Shown here: piece after piece, positions 47,511-55,891 of the stretch
Position numbering within the stretch: the stretch's first letter is position 1
How the letters are laid out: each line of letters opens with the position of its first letter
DNA from: an uncultured Chloroflexia bacterium
GTDB taxonomy: Bacteria; Chloroflexota; Anaerolineae; Anaerolineales; UBA4823
NCBI GenBank assembly: GCA_963849335.1
Contig: CAWKGZ010000012.1
Span: 336,542 to 400,541, forward strand
Reading direction: 5' to 3'
DNA length: 64,000 nucleotides
The notes under the pieces: model-generated
What the model was told of the DNA's origin: nothing
Database searches by the model: none
What the model saw: only the letters and a program-made list of their open reading frames with translations
Made by a program: the position numbers and the translations under genes

Positions 47511-47562
47511 CCTGAAACGAGTGTGAGGCGATGCTTTGGCATCGCCTCACACTCGTTTCAGG
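47511..47562. terminator. long perfect hairpin between convergent genes (probable bidirectional terminator)
   Basis: 24-bp perfect stem CCTGAAACGAGTGTGAGGCGATGC / GCATCGCCTCACACTCGTTTCAGG with a 4-nt loop. No strong U tract. Confidence 0.55.
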
Positions 47563-47573
47563 AATTAAACCAG

Positions 47574-47969
47574 TTATGCTGCCTGGGTATAGACATTAAA
47601 ACTGGGCGGGTTCTCCAGGTGTTTCTTCACCGCGCACAGCTCGGCTGAACGGATCAGCGAGGGCAGATATTTCTCGGGGAAACCAGGCGGAGTCTGGATC
47701 TCCAGGTCTATCTTCTCGATCATGCCGGTCATTGGGTTGCCGTGCATACGCTGGATGATGCGCAGGCCTTCGGTCGGCAGGCCGCGCTGGCGGCAGAAGC
47801 CCAGCACGTAAATGCCGGCACAGGTGCCAATCGAGGCGAGGAAAACCGTGAACGGTGCGGGCGCCGCGCCCTCTCCACCGCCAGAAGGCGGCTGGTCGGT
47901 CGGGATCGTATAAGGGCCAAAATGCGCATCGACCTGCGCACCCCCGGGGAAGTCAATTACCATGTCCAT
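47574..47969 (-). CDS. OsmC-family protein
   Basis: 131 aa. FLASIGTCAGIYV and SAELCAVKKHL Cys-containing segments typical of OsmC/Ohr-like proteins. Confidence 0.75.
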   Translation of the reverse strand: MDMVIDFPGGAQVDAHFGPYTIPTDQPPSGGGEGAAPAPFTVFLASIGTCAGIYVLGFCRQRGLPTEGLRIIQRMHGNPMTGMIEKIDLEIQTPPGFPEKYLPSLIRSAELCAVKKHLENPPSFNVYTQAA

Positions 47970-48146
47970 GAAAATACTCCTTATCTCATATGATCTATCG
48001 TTTGCTTAGATGCGCAGATGCGGAAAAGGTTGCCTGAAAGACAGATCAGGTTTCTAAAAACCTGACCGGTCTGGAATAACTTAAATTTGAAGGGGCGGCG
48101 ACTTGATTTGTGCGCCGCCCCTTCTGGCCTAGAGGATGAATGCAAT

Positions 48147-49430
48147 TTAATCGCCGGCAACCAACGCCGATGCCGTTTCTGCTACAGGAGACTTACGCCA
48201 GAAAAATGCCCAGTACAGCGCCACTGAGATGGTATATAAAATGATCGTTCCCAGGAAGGGCGGCCCAAAGCCATAACGCACCTGCAGCCAGCCGCTGATG
48301 GTGGGGCTGAAAGCCCAGCCAAAGTTCCACGACATGCTCACCAGGCTGGCGACCGTCGCCCGTGCCGAGGGTTCCACCCGTTCCATCACAAAGGTCTGGT
48401 ACACCGGGCCGCTCATGTTCATCAATGCCACGCGCACATAATACGCCGCCGCACTCACCCAGAACCAGGGGGCGAAGCCCAACAGGATCAGGAAGGGGAT
48501 GGACAGCCCCTGGGTGATCACCACCAGCTTGATCTTACCCATGCGATCAGCCAGTGGGGGGGCGGCCAACAGGCCAAGCCCCATCGCCAGTGATCCCCAA
48601 GCAAACAGGGTACCGATCACCGGATCGGGCTGGTGATGGACGGTGCGGAAGAAGACGTTCTGAAAGGGCATGATCAGCCCGGCGCCGATGGAGGTCACCA
48701 GCATGGGAAGGATCAGCTTGCTTAACAGCCGGGGGTGCCGGTAAGCGTACGATATGGGCGCAAAAACGGTGCGTTCCGAGCGACTCAGCCGGGGTGTATG
48801 CAGCAGCATCAACGGCAGCAGCGCTAACCCGGCCGCGGCAGAAACTGCCAAAAGCGAGCCGCCGTATGCCTGGCTGCTGACTGCATCCACACCGCGCAGA
48901 TTGCCCACCCAGGACGGCAGGTAACCGCCGATCCAGTTGCCCACCGAAGCCGAGACCATCTGCAAGCCCTGGCCGAAGCTGAACAGGTAGGTGCGCTCGT
49001 GTTCACCGCTGTTCTCCATCAGGAAGGGGCTCATGGTCACACCGGCCAGGCTTTGGGCGATGCCAAAGACCACGTTCATCGCCAGCAGCATGCCCTGCGT
49101 AGGGAAGAGAACCATGACGGCAATCGCCAGGCCGGTGAAAGCTGCCGAAATCAACAAGGCGGCCTTGCGCCCCAGCATATCCGCCAGGTAGCCCATGGGC
49201 AATGCCACCACCAACGCAGTGACGCTGCTGGTGGTCACCAGGTTACCCAGCAGCGCCTCGTCAAAGCCCAGGCTGAGGGCAAAAAAGTTGAACAGCAGGC
49301 GGAAAACGCCCATGGCTGAGCCAGCCAGGATGACATGCAGCAGGTACAGGCGCGCGTTGGGACGGAAAGCCACCAGATGGTTCCCATAATCCACCAAAGT
49401 CCTGCCCAACCCGCGAACTATTCTCTGCAT
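48147..49430 (-). CDS. MFS transporter
   Basis: 12-TM pattern. GYLADMLGRK matches the MFS loop 2-3 motif. Confidence 0.85.
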   Translation of the reverse strand: MQRIVRGLGRTLVDYGNHLVAFRPNARLYLLHVILAGSAMGVFRLLFNFFALSLGFDEALLGNLVTTSSVTALVVALPMGYLADMLGRKAALLISAAFTGLAIAVMVLFPTQGMLLAMNVVFGIAQSLAGVTMSPFLMENSGEHERTYLFSFGQGLQMVSASVGNWIGGYLPSWVGNLRGVDAVSSQAYGGSLLAVSAAAGLALLPLMLLHTPRLSRSERTVFAPISYAYRHPRLLSKLILPMLVTSIGAGLIMPFQNVFFRTVHHQPDPVIGTLFAWGSLAMGLGLLAAPPLADRMGKIKLVVITQGLSIPFLILLGFAPWFWVSAAAYYVRVALMNMSGPVYQTFVMERVEPSARATVASLVSMSWNFGWAFSPTISGWLQVRYGFGPPFLGTIILYTISVALYWAFFWRKSPVAETASALVAGD

Positions 49431-49478
49431 CGTAACAGTTCCCTAAAGTACCCCAGCGGATTCCCCGCTCGAGCGAAT

Positions 49479-50534
49479 TTACTTACCGTTAACTTCCAAA
49501 AAGTGCTTCAAGGCAGCAAAGGTGCCTTCGATCGCCTCTGCCCGCACGGTATACAGCCGCTCGCCCTGTTCATCCACCTGTAAATGCACCAGCCCCGCCA
49601 ACCGCAGGGCATTCATATGGTGGGTCATGGTGGGTGTGCGCAGGCGTAAGCGGCGGGAAAGCTGGGAGGAGGTCTGCGGCTGGTCTGCCAGGTAGCGCAG
49701 GATGCGCAGCCGGGTGGGGTCGGAGAGCGCCTTCAACGCCCGCAGCATGGCATCCGGGACCATCTCGCCCGGCACCAGAGGCATGTCTGCCGGTCGACCG
49801 CCAAATAACATCAGCATCGTATCCGGGCTGACCTGCCCGTAAATGACCAGCGGTGTGATCCAGTAGGAGGGCGCCAGCACCACTCGGGGGGCCTCGCTCA
49901 GCGCGGCGATCTGCACACCCTGCGAAAGAAATTCCACCAGCTGGGGAAAGGCAAGTTTTTCGGCCTGGCGCCGGGCATCATCCTGGGCAGCGGCAAGCAC
50001 CGGGGCAATGCGCCGTTCTTCTTCGTTGAAAAATACCGCCTGATAGGATTGCATCGCTGCCAGGTAGCGCTCGCCAAACTCGTCCGGTCGCGACCACCAT
50101 TCCAGGATGTTTACCAGGGTGCGCGGGCGGACCGGGCGGCTGCGATGCTGGTAGGCAACTCGCAAGCTGTCCAGGGCAGCATCATCCCAGGCGCGCTGCG
50201 CGTAAACGCCGCGCAGGATTTGTGCCGCTTCAGGCGTCGCATCCGGCGCCAGCGCCAGTGCCGGCAGCCTTTGCGCAGCAGGAAGCTGCGCCAGGACCTG
50301 CAAGGCGGTGGCGGCGTCCTTGGGCGCCGGCAGCCCGTACAGCCAGGCAAGCGGGACGGCAAACAGATCATGCGCATCTTCCAACACCTGGCGGTGCGGC
50401 GCCGGCAGGCGCGAGCGCACGCCCGCCGCCCAGGAGGCGCGCAGCCCAAAACGATCAGGTTGGTGCAGGACGGTCAGGCTGGCGAAGAGGTCGTACGCCG
50501 TGCCCAGGTCCCAGAGGATGGATGGAGTGTCCAT
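49479..50534 (-). CDS. ArsR-family HTH regulator with a long N-terminal domain of unknown function
   Basis: C-terminal LKALSDPTRLRILRYLADQPQTSSQLSRRLRLRTPTMTHHMNALRLAGLV. About 250 aa of N-terminal sequence is unassigned. Confidence 0.7.
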   Translation of the reverse strand: MDTPSILWDLGTAYDLFASLTVLHQPDRFGLRASWAAGVRSRLPAPHRQVLEDAHDLFAVPLAWLYGLPAPKDAATALQVLAQLPAAQRLPALALAPDATPEAAQILRGVYAQRAWDDAALDSLRVAYQHRSRPVRPRTLVNILEWWSRPDEFGERYLAAMQSYQAVFFNEEERRIAPVLAAAQDDARRQAEKLAFPQLVEFLSQGVQIAALSEAPRVVLAPSYWITPLVIYGQVSPDTMLMLFGGRPADMPLVPGEMVPDAMLRALKALSDPTRLRILRYLADQPQTSSQLSRRLRLRTPTMTHHMNALRLAGLVHLQVDEQGERLYTVRAEAIEGTFAALKHFLEVNGK

Positions 50535-50616
50535 TCGATTCCCGGTGTTAGATGAATATCTAATTAGATAATAATCTTATTTGGTTGGTCTGTCAAGCTC
50601 GGATCAAGTTGCAACC

Positions 50617-50649
50617 AGGTGCAACGCACTTTAATAGTGCGTTGCACCT
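50617..50649. promoter_or_regulatory. perfect 14-5-14 palindrome in a divergent promoter region (candidate operator)
   Basis: AGGTGCAACGCACT-ttaat-AGTGCGTTGCACCT, nested inside an outer pair GTCAAGCT (50592-50599) / AGCTTGAC (50664-50671). Confidence 0.4.
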
Positions 50650-50666
50650 AACCAAAGACAACCAGC

Positions 50667-50695
50667 TTGACGCTGCAGGAAGCGGGTGATACAAT
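50667..50695 (+). promoter_or_regulatory. sigma-70-type promoter (TTGACG - 17 nt - TACAAT)
   Basis: -35 at 50667-50672, -10 at 50690-50695, exact 17-nt spacer. It would drive the sORF and possibly the RIO kinase gene. Confidence 0.45.
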
Positions 50696-50730
50696 CCTGC
50701 CATTATTTCATAAAAGGAGGCGTGTTACAA

Positions 50731-50796
50731 ATGCATAACGTCGTTGCAGTCAAAATGTATCTTTTGAGCGCGCCCCCTGTGTGGAGCAAGCGGTAA
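50731..50796 (+). CDS. 21-codon sORF (MHNVVAVKMYLLSAPPVWSKR) with strong RBS; leader peptide or small protein
   Basis: AAAGGAGG sits 8 nt upstream of the ATG, a promoter lies upstream and an intrinsic terminator downstream. Not in the ORF track because it is too short. Confidence 0.3.
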   Translation: MHNVVAVKMYLLSAPPVWSKR

Positions 50797-50836
50797 CCCC
50801 GGCGGATTCATCCGACCGTTGACCGTATCCTTCTCA

Positions 50837-50863
50837 CCGCAGGCGCCTCAGCCTGCGGTTTTT
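50837..50863 (+). terminator. intrinsic terminator or attenuator upstream of the RIO kinase gene
   Basis: CCGCAGGC-gcctca-GCCTGCGG followed by TTTTTATTTT. Confidence 0.6.
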
Positions 50864-50918
50864 ATTTTCCTGATCGCAGGTCATTGCAGCAGGAATTGTT
50901 TTTCTGGATAGAAGGATT

Positions 50919-51896
50919 ATGAAGCTAGATATTGCTCTTGAAATGATGGAAAATCTCGATGACGATCAACCGGTCGTGAAGTTCGAGAAGATCAAAAAAA
51001 CAGCTCGCTCTGGCGCAGAAAGGCAGCCAGCCAGCGCCGCCCAGTTTGTCCAAACTCAGGATGACTCGCGCAAATCCTTTGAGTTCTCCTACCGCGCTTC
51101 CCGGCACGAACAGGGTTGGCTGCTGAACTCGCTGGGCGGCTTTTACGAGCGGGGCTGGATTGCGGATATTTTACGCATGGTCAAGGGCGGCAAGGAAGCG
51201 TCCGTCTACCAATGCGCTTCGGGGCAGGCTGTCCAGGCGCCATCCCTGGCAGCCAAGGTTTTCCGCCCGCGCCAATTTCGCAACCTGAAGAAGGATAATC
51301 TCTACCGCCTCGACCGGGAGGTGCTGGATGAGAACGGCAACCGCATCGTCGACCTGGGCATGCTCAAGGCGCAGCGCAAGCGCAGCGTGTACGGGGAGCA
51401 GATCCGCCACCAGTCCTGGCTGGCGCACGAGTTCCAGGCACTGAAAACCCTGCACGCCGCCGGCGCGGACGTTCCACAGCCGTATGAGATGGGCGAAAAC
51501 GCTATCTTGATCGGCTTCATTGGGGACGAGCTGACCGCGGCGCCGACACTCAATACGGTGCGGCTGAAGCGGGGGGAGGCCAAACCGCTCTTTGAGCGCG
51601 TGCTGCACAATGTCGACCTGATGCTGGACAATGACATCGTCCACGCCGACCTTTCGGCCTACAACATCCTCTACTGGCAGGGGGAGATCACGCTGATCGA
51701 TTTCCCCCAGGTCATCTCACCGCGCCGGCACCGCAGCGGCTACCAGATCTTCCGCCGCGATATCACCCGCGTCTGCGAGTACTTCGCCCACCAGGGACTG
51801 CGCACCGATCCCACCCGCCTGGCGGCTGATCTGTGGCAGGCGCATGGGTATCGCACCGTTCAGGAGAGCCAGCCGGAACTGCTGGAGAGCGATTAA
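50919..51896 (+). CDS. RIO-type atypical serine protein kinase
   Basis: KGGKEASVYQC (compare RIO STGKEANVY), HADLSAYNILY (catalytic loop HGDLSEYN) and LIDFPQ (metal-binding) motifs. Confidence 0.8.
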   Translation: MKLDIALEMMENLDDDQPVVKFEKIKKTARSGAERQPASAAQFVQTQDDSRKSFEFSYRASRHEQGWLLNSLGGFYERGWIADILRMVKGGKEASVYQCASGQAVQAPSLAAKVFRPRQFRNLKKDNLYRLDREVLDENGNRIVDLGMLKAQRKRSVYGEQIRHQSWLAHEFQALKTLHAAGADVPQPYEMGENAILIGFIGDELTAAPTLNTVRLKRGEAKPLFERVLHNVDLMLDNDIVHADLSAYNILYWQGEITLIDFPQVISPRRHRSGYQIFRRDITRVCEYFAHQGLRTDPTRLAADLWQAHGYRTVQESQPELLESD

Positions 51897-53920
51897 ACGG
51901 TTTTCTTCTTGCCATGGGCGCATATACCGGTGTGGAAGACACAGGCGGTGCGCTGGCACTGCCATGCCTGGCGCAATGGCTCGATATCCGGCTGCTTTTC
52001 GGGCCATTGCGCGATGCCCGTCCACCGGCGAACCAATCCCAGCGCCACCCGGTCGCGGTCATCCAGATCGGCTTCTTTTTGTGCTTCCAGGTGTGCCTGC
52101 AGAGCCCATAAGGCGTTGTAGCAGCCCATGGTCAGCATCTTGAGCGCATTCTCCTGGCGGTAGCCCAGGCGCTCGGTGAACTGCAGCGTGCCCAGGGGCA
52201 TCTCCTGCGGGTAGATTTTGACCTCCTCGACATGCAGCGGCAAGCCATTTGCTACCTGGTCATCCGCCCAGCGGCTCATCCGTTCGAGGATACCCTCGGC
52301 ATCTCTGCCCAGGTAGCCTTTCAATCCCAGCTGGCGGGCTTTGTCGCGCAGATGGCTTTCGATCTGCCCGCGCTGTGCCTCGCTCAGGTCCATCAGGTTC
52401 TCCTGGAAGGACTCCAGGACCAATTTCAACGCCTGCCCCAGCTCTTCGCCGCGCTGCCCGAAGGTGTTGATCGTGCTGACCGTATTGGTATCGCTGGTCT
52501 GCTTGGCAATACCCTGGATCTCCAGCGTGCGCTGTACCACCTGGAAGAAATTGGGATCTTTGACTTCATCCGGCGCGACCTTCGGTTCTGCCCCGAGGAA
52601 GATGACAAACAGTTCCAGCGCCACCTCCCGCCTGGAGTGCCTGCTTTGCTCAGCCCATTCACGCACAAAGTCCACCGCGCTGTTGGAGGGGGTGTTGTCG
52701 ATAGCGCCGCCGTCCACGTAGGTGTCGCTCTCCTTGGGGAAGAAATCGCACATCTCGGCAGAATCGCGCCAGCTGGCAATGAGGCGCTCCCAACTGTCCT
52801 TCCCCTCTGCAGTCTCTCCCTTGATGGACTGATATGCCTGAGCCAGAGCCGCCTCGACCTGGGGGTCGCCCAGCCAACCGTTGAGCAAGCGATACAAGAG
52901 GGCATTTTCGGGATCGCTGGCAGGGTAAATTTCGGTGAGCGGGAAGGGGGTGAACACGCCAGGGAAGCGCCCTGAGCAGATGGCAGCGTCGATGGCCGCC
53001 GGATTTCCGGGAACCTGCAGGCGGAAGCTGCCCAGCGGGATGGCATCCGGATCATATCTCTGCAGCCGCCAGGCTTGCTTGTGCATAAAGCGCACAAAAT
53101 TCTCCGGCGGCATATAGGCGGAGATCTCCAGGCGCCCGGTGCGGTAGTTGGCGCGTGTCAGGCGCACCTCGATGCCCAGACGGGCATAATCGCGCAGTGT
53201 GCGCCTCGGGTCGACCAGGATAAATTTCTTGACCCCGGGTTCATCGGCGGTCATCGCCCCCGCCATGTGCTCCGGGCGGAGCGGGGAGACGGGCTGGGTA
53301 AAGATATCCCTGATCTTGCGATCTTCGCCGGGGGGAATGAGCGAACGATCCATGCCAAAACGCCTCAGGTAGGTGCGGATGGCCTCCTGCAGCAGCGCTG
53401 TGCGCTGCTCCTTGAAGATGCGCAGCACCTGCCCTGCTCCTCCCAGGCGCTCACCCAGTTCGCGCGCCAACGCGAGCACCGCGGCCCACACCCCGGGCTC
53501 GGGTAGCGCCCCGCGCTGGGGATCGGTCCACCACCAGCCGAGGCGGACCAGCTGCGGCAGGCTCAGGTTGAAGCGCAGCAGATCATCCTTCAGCTTGCCC
53601 AGCGGGCCCTCCGGGCTGTCGTCGATGACGCGTTTATCCGGCATCAGCAGCCAGGCATGGTGGTAGGCCTTGACCAGCGGGTCCAGCGCCTCTACCGCCT
53701 GCAGCGGGTCGGCGAGCACTTCGCCCGGCAGCCCGCGCTTCTGGTACAGGTACTCGGCAAAGAAAGCGCTGTTCATCGCCCCGATCGACGAGCCGGTGAT
53801 GACATCGAACTCCATCCCGGTAATATGAAAAGCATGGATGACGCCGGCCTCGTACAGGCCCTTGGCGCCGCCGCCGGTCATGACAAAGCCACGTTTTTTG
53901 AGTTTACCAATAACGCTCAT
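51893..53920 (-). CDS. patatin-like phospholipase with a roughly 400-aa C-terminal extension
   Basis: GGGAKG oxyanion motif, GSSIG nucleophile elbow (53771-53797), VDGGAIDN Asp motif. Start preferred at MSVIGK (53920, GGAGAAG RBS). Confidence 0.8.
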   Translation of the reverse strand: MSVIGKLKKRGFVMTGGGAKGLYEAGVIHAFHITGMEFDVITGSSIGAMNSAFFAEYLYQKRGLPGEVLADPLQAVEALDPLVKAYHHAWLLMPDKRVIDDSPEGPLGKLKDDLLRFNLSLPQLVRLGWWWTDPQRGALPEPGVWAAVLALARELGERLGGAGQVLRIFKEQRTALLQEAIRTYLRRFGMDRSLIPPGEDRKIRDIFTQPVSPLRPEHMAGAMTADEPGVKKFILVDPRRTLRDYARLGIEVRLTRANYRTGRLEISAYMPPENFVRFMHKQAWRLQRYDPDAIPLGSFRLQVPGNPAAIDAAICSGRFPGVFTPFPLTEIYPASDPENALLYRLLNGWLGDPQVEAALAQAYQSIKGETAEGKDSWERLIASWRDSAEMCDFFPKESDTYVDGGAIDNTPSNSAVDFVREWAEQSRHSRREVALELFVIFLGAEPKVAPDEVKDPNFFQVVQRTLEIQGIAKQTSDTNTVSTINTFGQRGEELGQALKLVLESFQENLMDLSEAQRGQIESHLRDKARQLGLKGYLGRDAEGILERMSRWADDQVANGLPLHVEEVKIYPQEMPLGTLQFTERLGYRQENALKMLTMGCYNALWALQAHLEAQKEADLDDRDRVALGLVRRWTGIAQWPEKQPDIEPLRQAWQCQRTACVFHTGICAHGKKKTV

Positions 53921-54011
53921 AGTTCTCTTCTCCATCTTTACGTGCTGGTTTAATTCGTCGCTACGCTCCGGCTCACACGAGGAGTGCTCACACATGAAGC
54001 CTATTCAACGC

Positions 54012-55817
54012 TTATCTCTTCATCAACCTCATGATCATTTCCCTATCTTGGAGTGCGGCTTCATAGTTGGGTTCGATCTCCAGGGCCATGTCAATATAAA
54101 CCAAAGCCTTTTGATATTCTCCGCGCAACATGGCTACGCTGCCAAGACCATTCCAGGCGCCAGCGTCACTTGGATCTTGATCACGCACAGCTTTGAACAT
54201 CCTCTCGGCTTCTGATAACGCCCGGTAAAACTCTTCGCTATGCTGGCTATCGCGCATTACCATGGCATAGTTCTTGAAGGTATAGGCACGTGCATTCTGC
54301 AGCCAATAATCCTCGGGGTAAAGCGGTAAGATTTGATCCAATATCTCCAGTGTCTTATCGATCGCTAGAGCAGCATTGATGAGGTCACGAGGATAGTATC
54401 TAAAGAATTCTAACTGTAACTGGTATAAGGCTTGTTTGCGTTCGTTGAGATTTATTTCACCGGCTTTTTTCGGTGGCAGCCGCTTAACCCCCCGAGTATT
54501 TCGATCTTCGTCGATCGCTTGCTGGTAATATTTATCTTTCTGGATACAATTTATTCGAACTCTGCGGAAGTCTTCTTTATCCCCAATATTTGCTTTAGCG
54601 GTAACATCATAAACCCCCTCGCCAGCAAATTTTGCGCTCTCGTAATACCATTTCCCCTGGTAATGGGAAATCTTACATTTACCTATTTGTTCAACGGGAA
54701 TCCCCTCAGGATGCGTCCGGACTTCAATATCTACGTTAGCTGTCTCAGCGAATGGGGTGGAGGCTAAGATGGGAAAAGAGCCTTCAAGGATTCGCCCCTG
54801 GTTTTCACCCAGAGGTATCTCTTCATTTTCAACCGGTGAATCGACTGAAAAACATGCCAGGTATGGAAATTGGATCATGACCGGCTGGTCGATTTGCTCT
54901 TTCGCCACCGTCGTTTGCGAAGGTATATCCCGGTACGTCGCGTGCAGGACCCAGGATGGTTGATCATCAACAACAAATCTAAAAAAGCCATCCGCAAGCG
55001 TGATTACCTGATCAATATCCAGTCCTATTACATCCACACTTGCATTCTCTACCGGTCGCCCATCTTCAAATACCACACTGCCAAGGATGGTGTAATTTTC
55101 TTTTGCTGCAGGCGCGGGGAAAATCTCAATCCCATACGAGCTCTTCAAGCGAGCGCTGAGCAGTGAGCGGTCCATTTCAAGCTTGTTGCGCGCATTCTCA
55201 CCGCACAGGTCACGCAAGGCACTGAATAGGATCTGTTCGCCCTTGTTGTTAGGCGGCATCCAGTTTGGCACCATGCTTTCCAGGATGTCCAACGGCTTCT
55301 GCTCTACTTCGACGACTGAAAGCAGCTTCAGGCTGTCTGCAGAGTTCTGATGCCCGGGTGACAGCAGCTGTCTGACGCTTTTTTCGATTTTTCCCAGCGC
55401 CTGGTTGCTTAAAATCTCATCCCACTCAGCTAAATCCTTCGCCCCCCGCGCTCGCTCGCAAAGCGAATTCAATTTAGAGAACCAGTTGTCCAGCTTACCC
55501 AGGCATATCACCAGCCGGTCCTCGTTCTTGAAGTCAGCATCCCAGCGCTGATTTTCGAAATCTTCCCACAGCTTTTGCCATTTCTTGTTGCCCGGTACCG
55601 GTTCAATGTTTTCTTTTACCTGGATGAAGCGGTAATGACTGTCCGCATACTGCACCACGATATCATCCACAAACGCACGCGCTTCAGATCGAACGGTAGT
55701 GATCTGCTGAGTCAGGTCACTGATCCTTGGATCCAGCATACGCCCCAGATACAAGGCTGCGACGGTATTCTGGTAATAAATTCCCGACTGGGTGGTCGAT
55801 CCGCCTCTTATGGACAT
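54012..55817 (-). CDS. three-part protein: N-terminal PD-(D/E)xK-like (Cap4/DUF4297-like) nuclease head, carboxypeptidase-regulatory-like beta-sandwich, C-terminal TPR repeats
   Basis: N-terminus SGIYYQNTVAALYLGRML ... VDDIVVQY...RFIQVKEN (D...QxK). Middle GSVVFEDGRPVENASVDVIGLD...ADGFFRF. C-terminus AGAWNGLGSVAMLRGEYQKALVYIDMALEIEPNYEAAL. Clearly more AT-rich than neighbouring genes. No P-loop seen. Confidence 0.55.
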   Translation of the reverse strand: MSIRGGSTTQSGIYYQNTVAALYLGRMLDPRISDLTQQITTVRSEARAFVDDIVVQYADSHYRFIQVKENIEPVPGNKKWQKLWEDFENQRWDADFKNEDRLVICLGKLDNWFSKLNSLCERARGAKDLAEWDEILSNQALGKIEKSVRQLLSPGHQNSADSLKLLSVVEVEQKPLDILESMVPNWMPPNNKGEQILFSALRDLCGENARNKLEMDRSLLSARLKSSYGIEIFPAPAAKENYTILGSVVFEDGRPVENASVDVIGLDIDQVITLADGFFRFVVDDQPSWVLHATYRDIPSQTTVAKEQIDQPVMIQFPYLACFSVDSPVENEEIPLGENQGRILEGSFPILASTPFAETANVDIEVRTHPEGIPVEQIGKCKISHYQGKWYYESAKFAGEGVYDVTAKANIGDKEDFRRVRINCIQKDKYYQQAIDEDRNTRGVKRLPPKKAGEINLNERKQALYQLQLEFFRYYPRDLINAALAIDKTLEILDQILPLYPEDYWLQNARAYTFKNYAMVMRDSQHSEEFYRALSEAERMFKAVRDQDPSDAGAWNGLGSVAMLRGEYQKALVYIDMALEIEPNYEAALQDREMIMRLMKR

Positions 55818-55891
55818 AGCTTACCCATTCCTTGCATCTCTAGCATTCCTACCGGGGAGGGGCGATTCTCTCTGCTCCTCCCCAGTGTTTT

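Noticed and set aside
53921-53995. 25-codon upstream extension of the patatin ORF (MCEHSSCEPERSDEL...)
   Set aside because: The GGGxxG oxyanion motif is normally within about 20 residues of the patatin start. The ATG at 53920 has a GGAGAAG RBS and the longer start does not.
55854-55883. GGGGAGG...CCTCCCC hairpin between the MBL and nuclease/TPR genes as a terminator
   Set aside because: It has no U-tract on the transcribed (minus) strand. It is more likely an intra-operon stability hairpin, and the evidence is too weak to annotate it.
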